Made by a program: the position numbers and the translations under genes
The notes under the pieces: generated by a model
What the model saw: the letters and a program-made list of their open reading frames with translations, nothing else
Databases searched by the model: none
What the model was told of the DNA's origin: nothing
NCBI GenBank assembly: GCA_012295275.1
Contig: CM022675.1
Coordinates: forward strand, 11,470,001-11,534,000
Length of the DNA stretch: 64,000 nt
DNA from: Chrysomallon squamiferum
Lineage: Eukaryota > Animalia > Mollusca
Direction: 5' to 3'
In this document: positions 28,165 through 42,919 of the stretch, piece after piece
Position numbering within the stretch: position 1 is the first letter of the stretch
How the letters are laid out: each line of letters begins with the position of its first letter

Positions 28165-29782
28165 AACAAAGGTAAATGCCTCTACTACTACAAATGCTAC
28201 AGCAAAACTACTGTTGCTTCTATTACTACTGCGGCTACAACTAACAACAACAACAACAACAACAACAAAAACAAACACAACAACAATAATAATAATAATA
28301 ATAATATACAATAAGAAGAAGAAGAAGAAGAAGAAGAAATCCAATTTTAAAAAATTAAACAATAATTATGTACATATTTAAAACGTTCGGTGTAATATTA
28401 ACGACATTAGAATTACATAAAAAAAAATATTCAGTTTCATTTTTATCTGTACCGAAAAGGTTATAAAAATTTAATACAATGGTCTGTGTCTTATTAAAAA
28501 GACTTACTCTAAAATCAGTCATAAAATAGACAACGAACAAGAACATTTTCTCGAGATTCGAAATGATTAAAACATTCGGGGAGGGAAAAAATAAGAAAAG
28601 ATCTGTCCAGAAGAAAAACTTTTTGTTTTTTTTTAAATTATTTTGTGATCATATTTGCATTATAATACAGACGTACAGACAAGATAATTTATTAATTTCT
28701 CGCCTTAGGTACATACGAACTAAGACACATACAAAATAAAACAAGCATAAAAATACATAAGTCATTTCTTTTCGGAATTATGGACGACAGTCCATTTAAA
28801 TAATACAATTATGTACAATTAAAAGACAATAACACTAGGATAAATGATATTTACTGAATTATGGGTAATAGATATTTTTTAAAAAAAATCGATTTTTTGC
28901 CGCAACAATTGAAAAGCAGTAAAAATTTTAATAACCCTTAAGCGTATAGTGAAATCATTTTTTTTTTTTAAAAATATTTGTGATGTGATAAACACGTTTT
29001 AAAAAAGTGACACCTTATCTATACAATAATAAAATGTAAATATGTCTAAAGACTAACACGAAGGAAAACACATTATTTTCAGGATCTGATGATTATTTTT
29101 TATACAATTGTATTTTATTTTATGAAATTTTAATATTTTAGTTTATTTCATTTTATTTTATGTTTTCAAATTAATGTATTTGTTTGTTTGTTTGTTTTGT
29201 TTGTTTGTTTTTTGTTACATTCTATTGTATTTTTATTCACTTTATTGCTCTTTATGTATTAGTTTTATAGTTTTGTTTTATATTACTTTGAGTTATTTTA
29301 TTTTAATTTTCATTTTATTTCATTTTATTTCATTTTTAATTTAATTTCATGACATTATATTTTTTATTTATTTATTTTTTTTATATTTTTATTTTTATTT
29401 ATTTATATATGTTTTATACTTTCATTTCATTTCGGTTATATTTTGTTTTATTTCATATTTTATGTTATTTTTTTTTTTTTTATTTTTTTTTTTTTTTTTT
29501 TTTTGTTAAATTTATTTCCATTTCTATTATAGTGCTGATATATGAATCACAAACCAAAAATTTTGCTTTCATATTCACTTCACCATTTTTTGACATACCT
29601 TACTTAAACTAACTGTGCTTCTGTTTTGTAAGTATTAAACTTTTCAAATCTTCCTTATATAAAACCAACATAATGAGACCATTAAACAGAATGTAAAACA
29701 CACCATGCAAGAATGATCCCAAAAAAGAAAATTATCATTTAACATTAAAATGAAGTACTGTTTTATAAAAAATGAAACAAAG

Positions 29783-29880
<98 letters not shown>

Positions 29881-29939
29881 TTCTCACATACAAACTTAAT
29901 ATCAAAACAGTCCAATTGTACTGCATATATATATATATA

Positions 29940-31200
29940 TATTCCGCACGTGTTTTTCGCCAACAGAAACATTTGCGTGCACGTCTTAACCCTACAGTTT
30001 ACATACGCCGGGTGTGGTCTCGCTCGCTGGCTATATTATGTTCGTCCTGTATCTTGGAAATGATAAAATTAGCGAGTTTTTATGCTCTTTTTATATCCGA
30101 CAAAGTACCCAGGCCTACCACGTGGAACGTTGAGACAAGCCCCGGAGAGTCTACAGCGTTTCGTTAGACCGGAGAATGGAAACCATTACAAGAAAATTTA
30201 CACGACGATCTTTGCTGTCATGATCGGCCATAATAAGAGAATTAAAAAAATAAATAAATAAAACTGTTTCGTTTAGTCAGGTGAGCTGCTGCACGCTGCC
30301 CCGATAAAAAAAAAAAAAAAAAAAAAAAAACACTCGAAAACGACGCAGCAGTAATAGAAAAAGAATAATCTCAACATAAACAGGAATGAAAAAATATAAA
30401 TTGAACGATTTACGATGGGACAAGAAAAGAAATATTTAAAAAATATATATATAAAAAAAAAGAAGAATTGTGAACTTTTGTTGTTGTTGTTGTTTTGTTG
30501 TGTGGAGGGGGAGGAGAGGTTTGTTGTGTTGTTGTTTTTTGTTTTTTTTTTCTTACCTTCACAGGAAGAAGAGTTGAAACTTGTACTGATGGTCTGGATT
30601 ACGTTACGCTTGTCTGCCCTGTTTTCGACAGTCCGGTACACTTTGTGTGGTCGCTTCAAAGACGCTGGAAATCGTGTTCCGTTTTCCCGAGCTGCGATGA
30701 AAAAACACATTCCGTTAACAACATCGCTTACGACGATGATGATGATCCATGGGAATAAAAAAATAAAACCGCTAATGTTTTACAATAAAGCCAGCGTCAC
30801 GAATTTTCATATGACTATGACTATTCTTGGACAGTTTATCCACATTTATCATTCAGTTACTCAACTAATTAATGTCCTTCCACCATTATTTATCATTTCA
30901 TGACCTGCAAATTTTTCTACAAAAGTTTTGCGGATCTTTACGAACTACTTTTCAGACGCGGAATAAACAATTTTTTTTTTTTTTTTTTTTTTAACGTGTG
31001 TATTCTACAACGATGATGCTTCTTCCTGCAAATTAATGCCGTATTGCGCTGTATTACTCCGCATTAAAAATGGCCTACGCTACTGAGAAAATGACCTTCC
31101 CTTGTTTGGTTCACAGAGTCAAATGCTTTTGATGTGTTTTCGGGTGCATCCAGTGTTGTAGCGATTTGCCCGATGAACAACAAGCTTTACTGAAACTTTC
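29940..31200. promoter_or_regulatory. CpG-containing island(s)
   Basis: E-boxes CACGTG (~29947, ~30119), GGCCATAAT (~30226), TTTACGA (~30409, ~30937), YY1-like AAAATGGC (~31067); interrupted by poly-A/T runs. Confidence 0.35.
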
Positions 31201-31555
31201 ATTTGATGTTCGTTTTGGAGCAATAGGTGCAATGGATCCTAAACCTTTTTCTTTTTTTTTTTAAAAAAAAAAAAACTTTTTTAAAATAAAAAGATGCAAT
31301 AAAAGATGCTTAAACAAGCATGGTTAGCTAAGACAGGTCAACAGGGGTATATATATATATATATATATTTAACTGTAACTTCTTTCTGCAAATACTATAT
31401 AAGCTGTGTGAAATAGATTACTCGTCCTGTTTTCTGTCTGTATAGGAAATAATGCTATTTTTTTTGTTGTTGTTTTGTTTTTTTTCACGTTTGGGATTTA
31501 AATTCTAAGATTTTCTTTTTCAAAGTAAGTATACTAGCATCCATTTAAAGACAAA

Positions 31556-31592
<37 letters not shown>

Positions 31593-32612
31593 GCTAATAT
31601 AGGCATGATTACATATTTTAAATCGAGATTTCTATATCTAAAGCTTTGCATTTCAATGCAGAAAATAAAATTATAGTTTTTATAAGAAACAGATTTTGAC
31701 TTTACGTTTTGATTCACGAATATCTCCGTTTTGGATAATTCTTTGATATAAATTAATAATAATTTGTAACAATATTTTCGGTAATAAGTTTTGTATCTTC
31801 AGTTCAGGAATGTACAATCTGTGTTTATGCTGACGTTTATAAAATTTAGATATTTTAACTTTTTTTAATACACAAGGAACACTTTGTTTTCAATTTTATA
31901 ATCGTTTAATTTTTTAGTGTACATAACGGATCTATCAACATTCAGTTGTTTGTCTATTTTATTATTTTATTTATTTATTTATTTATTTATTTATATATAC
32001 TTGATTATTTTGCTGTTACAATAAAATAATAATAATAATAATAATAATATAATATAATAGCAATAATAATAATAATAATAATATAATAGTAATAATAACA
32101 ACAATAATAATAATAATAATATAATAATAATAATAATAATAATAATATAATAGTAATAATAGTAATAACAGTAATAATAATAAAATTATTATTATTGTTA
32201 TTTTTAGTTTATCGCCATCGTCATCATCATCAGTATTGCTAATGTCACGTCATCATTATGATCTTTTAAATTCATTTTCACACCTATTTTCAAATCCGAT
32301 ATGTTTATTAGATAAAATGATGTAAAATTTAATTACACTATTCTATTCCGCTGTATGTTTGTCAGTTTTGTTTTTACTGAGTTGCTCTTCCACTTTTGAC
32401 AGTTATTATTACTATTATCAAATTATGAATAAACGTGAAAATAATTTTAGTATAATAAAAACATTTACAACAACAACAACAACAACAGGATTAATATTAG
32501 CTATAATAATAGCAAAATAATAACAACAGCAATAATAATAATAATAGTAATGATCATAATAATAATAACAATAATAATAGCAATAATAATAACAACAGCA
32601 ATAATAATAATG

Positions 32613-32645
<33 letters not shown>

Positions 32646-33308
32646 TCAACAAAAAACAACAAAAAAACAACAACAATAATAACAAACACAATAAAACGTA
32701 GCAAAGATAACAGCACTAACGTTTAGAATTTAGAATTCGTATTTTGTCTGTTTAATCTATTTTAACTATTTCTTCTTCTTCTAGTCTTTTTTTTTCTGTT
32801 TTTTTTTTCTTTTTTGATCTCTTTGAAAAGGTTTCGCCTTCAAGCCTATTTACATCTTATGGTGATAGAAAGCACATTAACGTACAAAAGAAAATTGAAT
32901 TTCTGACTTTTTTCTGTTTATTATTTTCAAACATTGCTTTTCTGTTAACACACTCCTTTTCAAATCTAGAGTGAAAAAAAAATATATATATTTTCTTTTA
33001 TTCATGTTTAGTTAATAAATAACAACAACAACAACAAGGCAATAATAAAACGATAATAATAATAAATAATAATAATAGTAATAACAGTAATAGTAATTGT
33101 AACAATAGTAGTAGTTGTACAGTAACAACAACAACGACAAAAACAACTGTAATAATAATAATAATAATTAGTAGCAGTAGTAGTAGTATTTTTATTATTA
33201 TTATCTTCATAATCATAATCATCCATCGTCATCATTATCATCATCATCATCATCATTATTGCACTGCTGTCAATAAAAACAATAAAAATAAACATGACGA
33301 TAATAACG

Positions 33309-33359
<51 letters not shown>

Positions 33360-34409
33360 GAACTTGTAGTATTTGTTGTATTGTCGTATAGTAGCAGTTA
33401 GAATTAAGATATTTTTACTAGCTGTAGCAATGACAGTGCTAGTAATAATATTTATTTTAAGTCGTGCACTCGTAGAGACTTTATTAGTAATCGTAGTAGA
33501 CTAGTAGTAGTGTTAATTATAGTGATAGTCGTAGTAGTAGCAGTTGCAAGTAATATTTATCAGTCATGGTGTATGATGCGTTGTCGTGTTAGTAACAGGA
33601 GCAGTAGATAGGTGTGGTTATTGTTGTTCGTTTATGTTTAGTACTAATTGTTTATTACTACTACTACTACTACTACTACTATTACTACTACCATTATTAT
33701 TATTATTATTATCATTATTTACAATTTTTATATCACACTGATGTTACTGTTTTGGTTTTTTTTTTTAATTCACTAAAATCAATTTACGTTTCATATATAT
33801 ATATACAAACTGCAACAGACAAATCGCTCTTTGTTTTTTTTTCTATTTTTATTTTTATTTTTATTTTATTTCATTTTTTTTTTTTTTTGCCCTCAGTGAA
33901 TGATAAAATAAAATATAATCTGGCAATAACATTTATTAACATTATGATGGTATTTTGAAAAGCGCATTTAACTAACAATAAACCAGCATGGGAACAAATT
34001 ATTAAAAACTGTATATGTCACTGAATCTCAGTTGATCGCTCACAAATTCACATAACACTGCATTTATATAAAACTTGTCTTTACTTTTTTTATATTTGGG
34101 CCTACATTGGTTATCACTAGCATGTCGCTGTTGACAGAAAGACAGACACACGGGTAAATACATTAAGACAGACAGACAGAAAAAGTCAGACAGACAGACA
34201 GAGTCAGCAAACGACAACATCGTTGTAGATTCATGTAAAAACGGGCACGTAAAATTCTAAAGTGTCATTCATGAAGAAACAACAACAACAACAGTAATAA
34301 TAATAATAATAATAATAATGATGATGATGATGATAATAATAAAATAATAAAAATAGTAATAACTATAGCAACAATAGCAATAATAATAATGATGATGATG
34401 TTGACGATC

Positions 34410-34449
<40 letters not shown>

Positions 34450-35270
34450 TTACAGCAATAACAGTTAAAAACAAAATTAATAACAGTAACAAAGGGAACA
34501 AAATCAATAGTAGCAACTGTAATGAACAAACAAACAAATAAATAAATAAATAAATAAATAATGCACGATATAAAAGAAGGGATACATGAATATTATTCAG
34601 CACTGTTTATTCCACCTGTCAAGATTGTTTCGCCAACGTAACACACGGTGAAAACAAAATGTAAATACACTCTCATTATAAATTATTATTTACAAAATAT
34701 ATGCTGATATTTATCGAAATAGGGTTTAGTATTTTTAAAAAAAAAAAATCAAAGAAACTAGTAAAAAAAAAAAAAAAATAAAAATACAACAACAAACTCT
34801 CATCCCATTATCAGAATTTTGGGTTGATGCTTTGTCAGTCTACCTCTTTTTTATTTTTTTTTTTTTTTTTTTCATGAATAATGAAAACTTTCGTGCGTTA
34901 ACCAAAAGGGAAAAACACTGACAGAAAACAAGGTGTGACTGCCGGTGATGTAAATATATGAAATGTATTTCCTCGTACGGGTTCAGCGCTAGCAAACTTT
35001 GAAATAAACAAAATTACGTAATGAGATAAAATATAAATGTATAAATAGCTACACAAATAAACAGATAGAGACACACGCATGTATGTATGTATGAACAGAG
35101 AAAAGGTGTGCATATGCTTATGATAACGACCGAAGCTGTGATAACACTGCGATCACTGACGTCAGCGACAATATCAGTACAAACTACAACGACAACTGTA
35201 ACTGTAACAACAATAATGATATATACTATTAATAATAATTATAATAAAGCAACAACAACAAACACAGTAG

Positions 35271-35310
<40 letters not shown>

Positions 35311-35507
35311 TGATGATGATGATGATGATGATGATATTAATACTAATAACAGTAATAATAACAGTTGAACAACAACAACATCAGCTACTACTACTGTCAA
35401 AATTATATCGTGATATTTTTATATGTATTTATTTGTTTGTCTGTGTTTGTTCTTTACTACTATTGTTTTCTTTAGTATTTATTTATTTATTTATTTATTA
35501 TTATTAT

Positions 35508-35545
<38 letters not shown>

Positions 35546-35836
35546 CAAATTTGTTATTTATTTATTTTTATTTTTTTTAATGTCAGTTTCATTTCAGTAT
35601 TAATATTTATTATTAGCTAGTACAGCTATGAAACAGATGTGTGTATGGTCTGAAGAAAACTGTATCGATATTAGACCACCGGGACGGCCATTTTGTTTTC
35701 ACTGTTTGACACTGACGTAAGAGACAATAAAACTTTGAAAAGTTTTAATTCACCTTTTGCCGTTTAAGAATAATGTTCAATAAAAATTAATTAGTACATG
35801 GTTGGTAGAAGATATATTATCTTCTTAATACCACCT

Positions 35837-35924
<88 letters not shown>

Positions 35925-36197
35925 TAATAATACCGTTACTACTACTACTACTACTGCTACTATTACTACTAATAATAATAATAATAATTATTGTAGTTGT
36001 AGTAGTAACAGTAGCAGTAGTAGTTGAAAGTAGTAATAACAGTAACAGCAGTAGCAGTTGTAGTAGTTGTAGTAATTATAATAACAACATTAAAATTGCC
36101 TTGAAGTGAAATACTGTTTGTGTTTTCGTTTTACTTTCTATTATTTCTTCATTTTTTAATTATATTTGTAAGTGACTTTGTATTTATTTATTTCTCT

Positions 36198-36231
<34 letters not shown>

Positions 36232-36883
36232 TAAACACGCACACTCACATACATACACACGCACACAGACACACGCACACGAACACTTAGACAACACTAC
36301 AGACACATACAAATACAAAAACTTAAAGTATTAAAACTTGTTTTCCCTACTATTATTATTATTATTTTCATTCCTTTCGCATCTATTTTACCCTTTTGTT
36401 TCATTTAATTTATACAAACTTTTTTTTTCTTCTATTTATCAAAATAATTAATCTTTTATTTTTTGCCTTCAAAAATACATGCATCGATCACTTGCATCGA
36501 TTAGAATAATAAATAAATAAATTTCCAAGATAAAGTTTAATAAATGATAGAAGAATACATATTTCACTTTCCCGGTGAGCTCTATTACGGAAAATGAATT
36601 TGTAAATTCAGAATAATTATTCAAATACATCGAAGATATATATTTAATGTTAGAAACATTACCCATATCCGATTACAAGACTTAATAGGAAAACACTTTT
36701 AATCCTGATTCATATTATACTTTGACCGAATTATCAGTAAAACGTTGGAGAAATGACATAGTACCAGAATTAATGTGTTCATTTGATTTTTTTTGTTTTG
36801 TTTTGTTCTTGGTATGATGATGATCATCATCATCATAATTTGCATTATTTATTTATTTATCTTCTTCTTCTTCTTCTTCTTCC

Positions 36884-36959
<76 letters not shown>

Positions 36960-36968
36960 ACTACTACT

Positions 36969-37002
<34 letters not shown>

Positions 37003-37011
37003 TTATTATTA

Positions 37012-37061
<50 letters not shown>

Positions 37062-37712
37062 TAAACAACATCATCAACAGCAGCATCACCGTCATCAGTC
37101 ATCATGGAATTTCTGTTGATATTTCTATTAAGATGACTATCACAACTACCACTATTACGGCTATTGCCCTACTAATACTATGATTATTAGTAGTAGTAGT
37201 AATAGTAGTTGAAGCAGTAGCAGTAGTAGTAGTAATGGTTGTAATAAGTAATATTGCTGTTTTTGTTATTATCATTATTAGTATTATTAAATATATTGTT
37301 TTTGCAATAGCGTTTTAATTAGTACTCTTAAGTCAAAATAACTCACTTTTATTTTGACAAAATGATATCATTTAACATGTTCAGTTGTAAAATTATATCA
37401 TGTTTATTATATGTTTCAAATATTTTATAATAACTGAGACAGTTAATTTTATGTATGTTTAATGCAATACTAAAAATACAATACATTTCTCATTTATATA
37501 TGTGCGTAAGTACATATTTTCTTTTCAGATTTGCAGCTGTATTTCATTATATTTTGGGAAAGATTTCTTTAATTATAGAGATATCTACAAACATATACAC
37601 ACACATTATACATCATAAAATTACATTATATATATCTATCTATCTATCTATATATATAACTTTCCATCTCTGTCTTTCTCTATCAGTATCTCTCTCACTT
37701 TACAACACACAA

Positions 37713-37778
<66 letters not shown>

Positions 37779-37975
37779 TCATCTTTCTTATTGTTTCTCA
37801 AATAATCACATAGTCATGCAGGTCTTGTTTTTGACTTCTAATTTTCTTTCTTGTTTATCTTCGTTCATCCTTTGTTTTGTTTTTTTCTCCTTCTCTCTTT
37901 CTTCTTTCTTTTCTAATCGTTTTTCCTCTCCTTTTCATGTCAGTTGTATTTCAGCTGCAACACACACACACATAT

Positions 37976-38061
<86 letters not shown>

Positions 38062-38382
38062 TCTTTTACCCTTTAGTCCTTGGATACTTCCTTTATATAT
38101 GTATATATATATATATATTTCATCTCTTTATCGTCAACTATTTTCAGGTAGGTGGTTTTTCAATGAATTCACCGCTTCATTTCCCATGAAAAGGATTTTC
38201 CTTTTTCTACCTCCCTTTGATCTCACCATTAACAGTTCGTTTTATTTTGTCGACTCCCCCAAGCCTTTGATGTTTGCCGACGAAATTTAAATACATTTCC
38301 CCCTCGCAGAATGGGTTATACAATATATAAGCAAAGCAAAGGCCTGACTGGTTTTTAGGTTTCTTAATGTTATTGACTCTGA

Positions 38383-38427
<45 letters not shown>

Positions 38428-38601
38428 AAGTAAAACTATTAGCAAAAAAAAAAAATAAAAAAAAATATGACTCTTTCACCATCAAAGACTTTTTAAATAA
38501 TAATAATATTATTATTAAAGAATTATACGAAGTGTTGTTTTTGAATTAAATTTTTATGAAAAGTCAAAATAAGGCTACGGTTATTTTGAACTGCTGAAGA
38601 C

Positions 38602-38633
<32 letters not shown>

Positions 38634-38798
38634 GTTAAAAATTGCGAAAGTTAAAATTTAAATAGGTATATATAAATAAAAATTAATTAAATAATGTAAA
38701 AGTGGAAAATAGGCTGTTTCACCTGAACATAATTATGTCATTGATTTCAAAAAGAAAATTCCATTAACTGTTGTAGGTTAATTTAAAGAAAACAATAA

Positions 38799-38833
<35 letters not shown>

Positions 38834-39697
38834 ATACATAAATTATTCATGTTTAAAGAAGTAGTAGTGATAGTGGTGGTGGTAGTAGTAGCAGTAGTAG
38901 TAGTAATTTAAGTAGTAGTAACTGCTAGCAGTAGTGATAATTTTAGAGCTAGTAGCAATAGCAATATTAGTACTAGCTGTCGTTGTAAATGTACTTGATG
39001 TAGTAGCGGTAGCAGAAGTTGTTGTAGTAGTAGTAATAGCAGCAGTAGTAGTTGTTTAACAATAGTAGTAGTAGCAGTTGTGGTATTTGTATTGCCTGCA
39101 GTAGAAGTATAACTGCAGTTGTAGCAGTAACTTCAAGGAGTACATTTTTTATGACTTTGTTGTCAAAATAAAATTTACATTATTAATCTGTACACAAAAA
39201 TGTCTTTCTCACGCAAATTTATTATTACAAGGAGTGGCTCTTTGGAATGAGAAGAAATTCTCGTGTCAATTCGGTTGTTGGGTATCTTGTTTTCTTGCAT
39301 CTGATTTTCTGAGTTCTTGAATAGTTAGCTGTCTCAGTTATTCTACGAGGAAATTTTTATCTGTGTGCCAAAATTCCAAAAAAAATGAATATAATATAAA
39401 ACGAGAGTATTTTGCGGGTTACGTTTGTTTTAGTAATGTGGACTTGTGAGTGTGTTATATTGTTTATGTAATATGTTTTTATCGTTCTACATCTGTATGT
39501 GTTGGTAGGTATAAGTAAATATATATTTACTCATTTGTAGGGGTTTTGTGTGCTCTTGAAGAATTCAAACAAATGCATTAAAAAACTGAGATGGGTAGAG
39601 AAAGAGACAGAGAAAGGTAATTTAATTTTTTGTATCTAAATGCGTTTCCAAACTCGTCAAAGCTCTTTTAATTTTATTTATTAATTTGTTTGTTTGT

Positions 39698-39740
<43 letters not shown>

Positions 39741-39927
39741 TTTTATTTTATTTTATTTTTGATTTTCTGTTATTTATTATTTTATTTTATTTCTATATTT
39801 TTAATTTTTCTCTTTATTTGTTTGAACATTTTAAAAAAATATTTCCTTTTATTTATATTTTTTAATTATATTTCTAACAAAACTTCTTTTAATATAAATT
39901 ATTATGACTTTTTTGGTTATTACATTT

Positions 39928-39970
<43 letters not shown>

Positions 39971-39980
39971 CTATTATGAC

Positions 39981-40022
<42 letters not shown>

Positions 40023-40790
40023 TTTTGCTATTATTATTATTGTTGTTTTTATTGTTATTGTTGTTAATACTGACGTTGATATTGCTGCTGTTGTTTCATT
40101 TATTCTTTTTCCACAAATTTCTCTTCGTATTAAACCCACATGTAATCTTCCATTATAATAACATTTTTATTTTTTTTCCAGATTTTTTAACAACAACAAT
40201 CAATGAATCGTCTACAGAGAAAAAAAAAAAAAAAAAAAAAAAAAAAATGAAATAAAATAAAAGAAGAAAGAAAAAGCAGACAGAAAAGAAAACAGAAAAA
40301 TCCTTTTTCCGAGGAAATACAATAAAATCAACAATACCAGCCTCTCTCTGAATCGTGTTTACAACTCTGCTAATGGACGGATGGACGCACAGAACAAATA
40401 CGTTGTGGATTACATCCCTGACCTCGCCCATGCCCCGCCCTGTGCGGGAGTAAATTCTGTGGGACATGTAAGTAAAATCTGTGATTAAACTGTACATTGA
40501 TTTTCTCATGGTAGAGAGGGGGGGGAGAGAAGAAATGTGTTAAGTTAATGTATGACTTTTAGTATTTCGTGATATTTTATTTATTTCTTATTATTATATT
40601 TTCACTTGTTTAATGCTGGTTTATAATTAATCATTCGTTGTTTTGTTGTTTTTGTTGTTTCTTTTTTGTTCTTTGTTTTTTTGTTTTTTGTTTATTATTT
40701 CTTTATTTCAAGTCTTATTCCTGTTCATCATATTCTCGTATTTCTTATTTATTTATGTTATTTTTATTTATTTATATTGTTATTTTTATT

Positions 40791-40838
<48 letters not shown>

Positions 40839-40933
40839 TAGTTAAACTCAGTTCTAATTGTGTTGTTGTATTTTCTTTTAATGATCAATCCAAAAGATCT
40901 TTAAAATTAAATAAATAAAATAGAACAGCATAC

Positions 40934-40994
<61 letters not shown>

Positions 40995-41419
40995 TAATAA
41001 TAATAAAGGCATTATTTCTGAATCTATTTAGTATATATTTTTAATATAGTTATTATTTTCTAATAAATTTTGTACTTTTTTTTTTTCTTCTTCTTCTTCT
41101 TCTTTCTTCTTCTTATTTATTATTCCTTCATTATTATTATTGTTATTAATGTTACCATCATTATCATTATTATTATTATTATTATTTGATAGCAATAGTA
41201 GTAGTAGTAATAGTAGCGGTATAGTACTGTTGGTAGTTGTAGTAGTAACAGTATTTGTAGTAGCTGCAGCATTAGTAGTAGTTGTTGTGACAGCATTAAT
41301 AAGATTTATTTATTTATTTATTTGTTTATTTGTTTGTTTGTTTGTTTGTATATTTACTTATCTATTTATTATTGTTGTTGCTGTTCTAATTGTTAACATT
41401 ATTATTATTATTTTTCTCC

Positions 41420-41455
<36 letters not shown>

Positions 41456-41863
41456 GCCCTCTGTATCTGATTCGCTTTCATCCGTTTATCTAAACACTTA
41501 TCTACACACGTAAACCTACCAGACTCGAAAAACAATAAAAAGAAAAACCAAAGAGAAGACGAATCCAGATTAGCACGATAAAATTAACTCCTAATTCCTT
41601 TCCTGCGCTAGTAACTAATACTAACATTTGATTTTATCTCGCTAAAACAATCTATATTCATCTCTTTGCCAAACCAATTAAATTTTATTCGCACCTCGTG
41701 TATAAAATTGACGATATGATCGGTCATTATTCGCTCCACTGGAACCCAATGGTTACAAAGCATTTATGATCGTTTTATCTGTCTGGAATGGCTGTTTTAC
41801 TGCATCGTTGATATATGAAGAGCAATCAAATTATAAGGTGTTTAGTAGATTATTAATATTATT

Positions 41864-41921
<58 letters not shown>

Positions 41922-41952
41922 TAATAATGTTTTAATAATAATAATAATAATT

Positions 41953-41990
<38 letters not shown>

Positions 41991-42519
41991 CATGATAATC
42001 ATAACAAAAACAACAATAATAAAAATAATAACAGCAGCGCCAACAGTAACTGCAACAACAACATAAACAACAGCAACAACAATAATAATGATATTAACAA
42101 CAACAGTAATAATAATAATAACAACAACAATAATAATAATAATAATAACAATAACAACAACATATTTGCATAGTGCTTTGGCTAACGGCATATTTCAGTG
42201 TCGCAATTTTTCTTCATTGTTTTCTTATTCTTCTTCTTCATCTTCATTTTTATTCTTTTCCTTCAGCATCATCGTCATCGTCATCATCATCAACATTTTA
42301 GTTATTATTAGTCACCTGTGTTACAGTAGTAGTAGTAGTTGTTGTTGTTGTGTCTGCCGATGTTGTTGCAGTTTCTCAAAGTTTAACTGTTCTCGTTCTA
42401 AAATGGATATTAATAAAGTTATGCATTTAATCGTAATAGTCCTAGTGCTAGTCATAACGGATGTAGAGATGATAATAGCAGTAGTAGCAGTAGCAGTAGC
42501 AGCAGTAGTAGTAGTTATG

Positions 42520-42562
<43 letters not shown>

Positions 42563-42919
42563 CTGAAAACGTATCGTAATGGTAGTAGTTATTGTAACTG
42601 CTGTAACAAAACAGTGAAATCAGTCTAACAGTCGTTTAGTACTAACAGTATTATTATTATTATTATTAGTAGTAGTAGTAGTAGTAGTAGTAGTAGCAGT
42701 AATAGATAGAGTAGCAACTGTTGAAGTAATGGCAGCATTAGTAGTAGTTGTTGTTGCTGCTGTTGTACATATAAGAAGGTATATTTCTAGCTATATTAAT
42801 AGAAACAGTAGCAGTAGTGGTATTAATATTATTAGTAGTAATAGCAGTAGTAATAGTACTAGCAGCGATGGGTGGTAGCTGTAGTAGTAGTTACCGTTGT
42901 AGTAGTAATACTGTAATGA

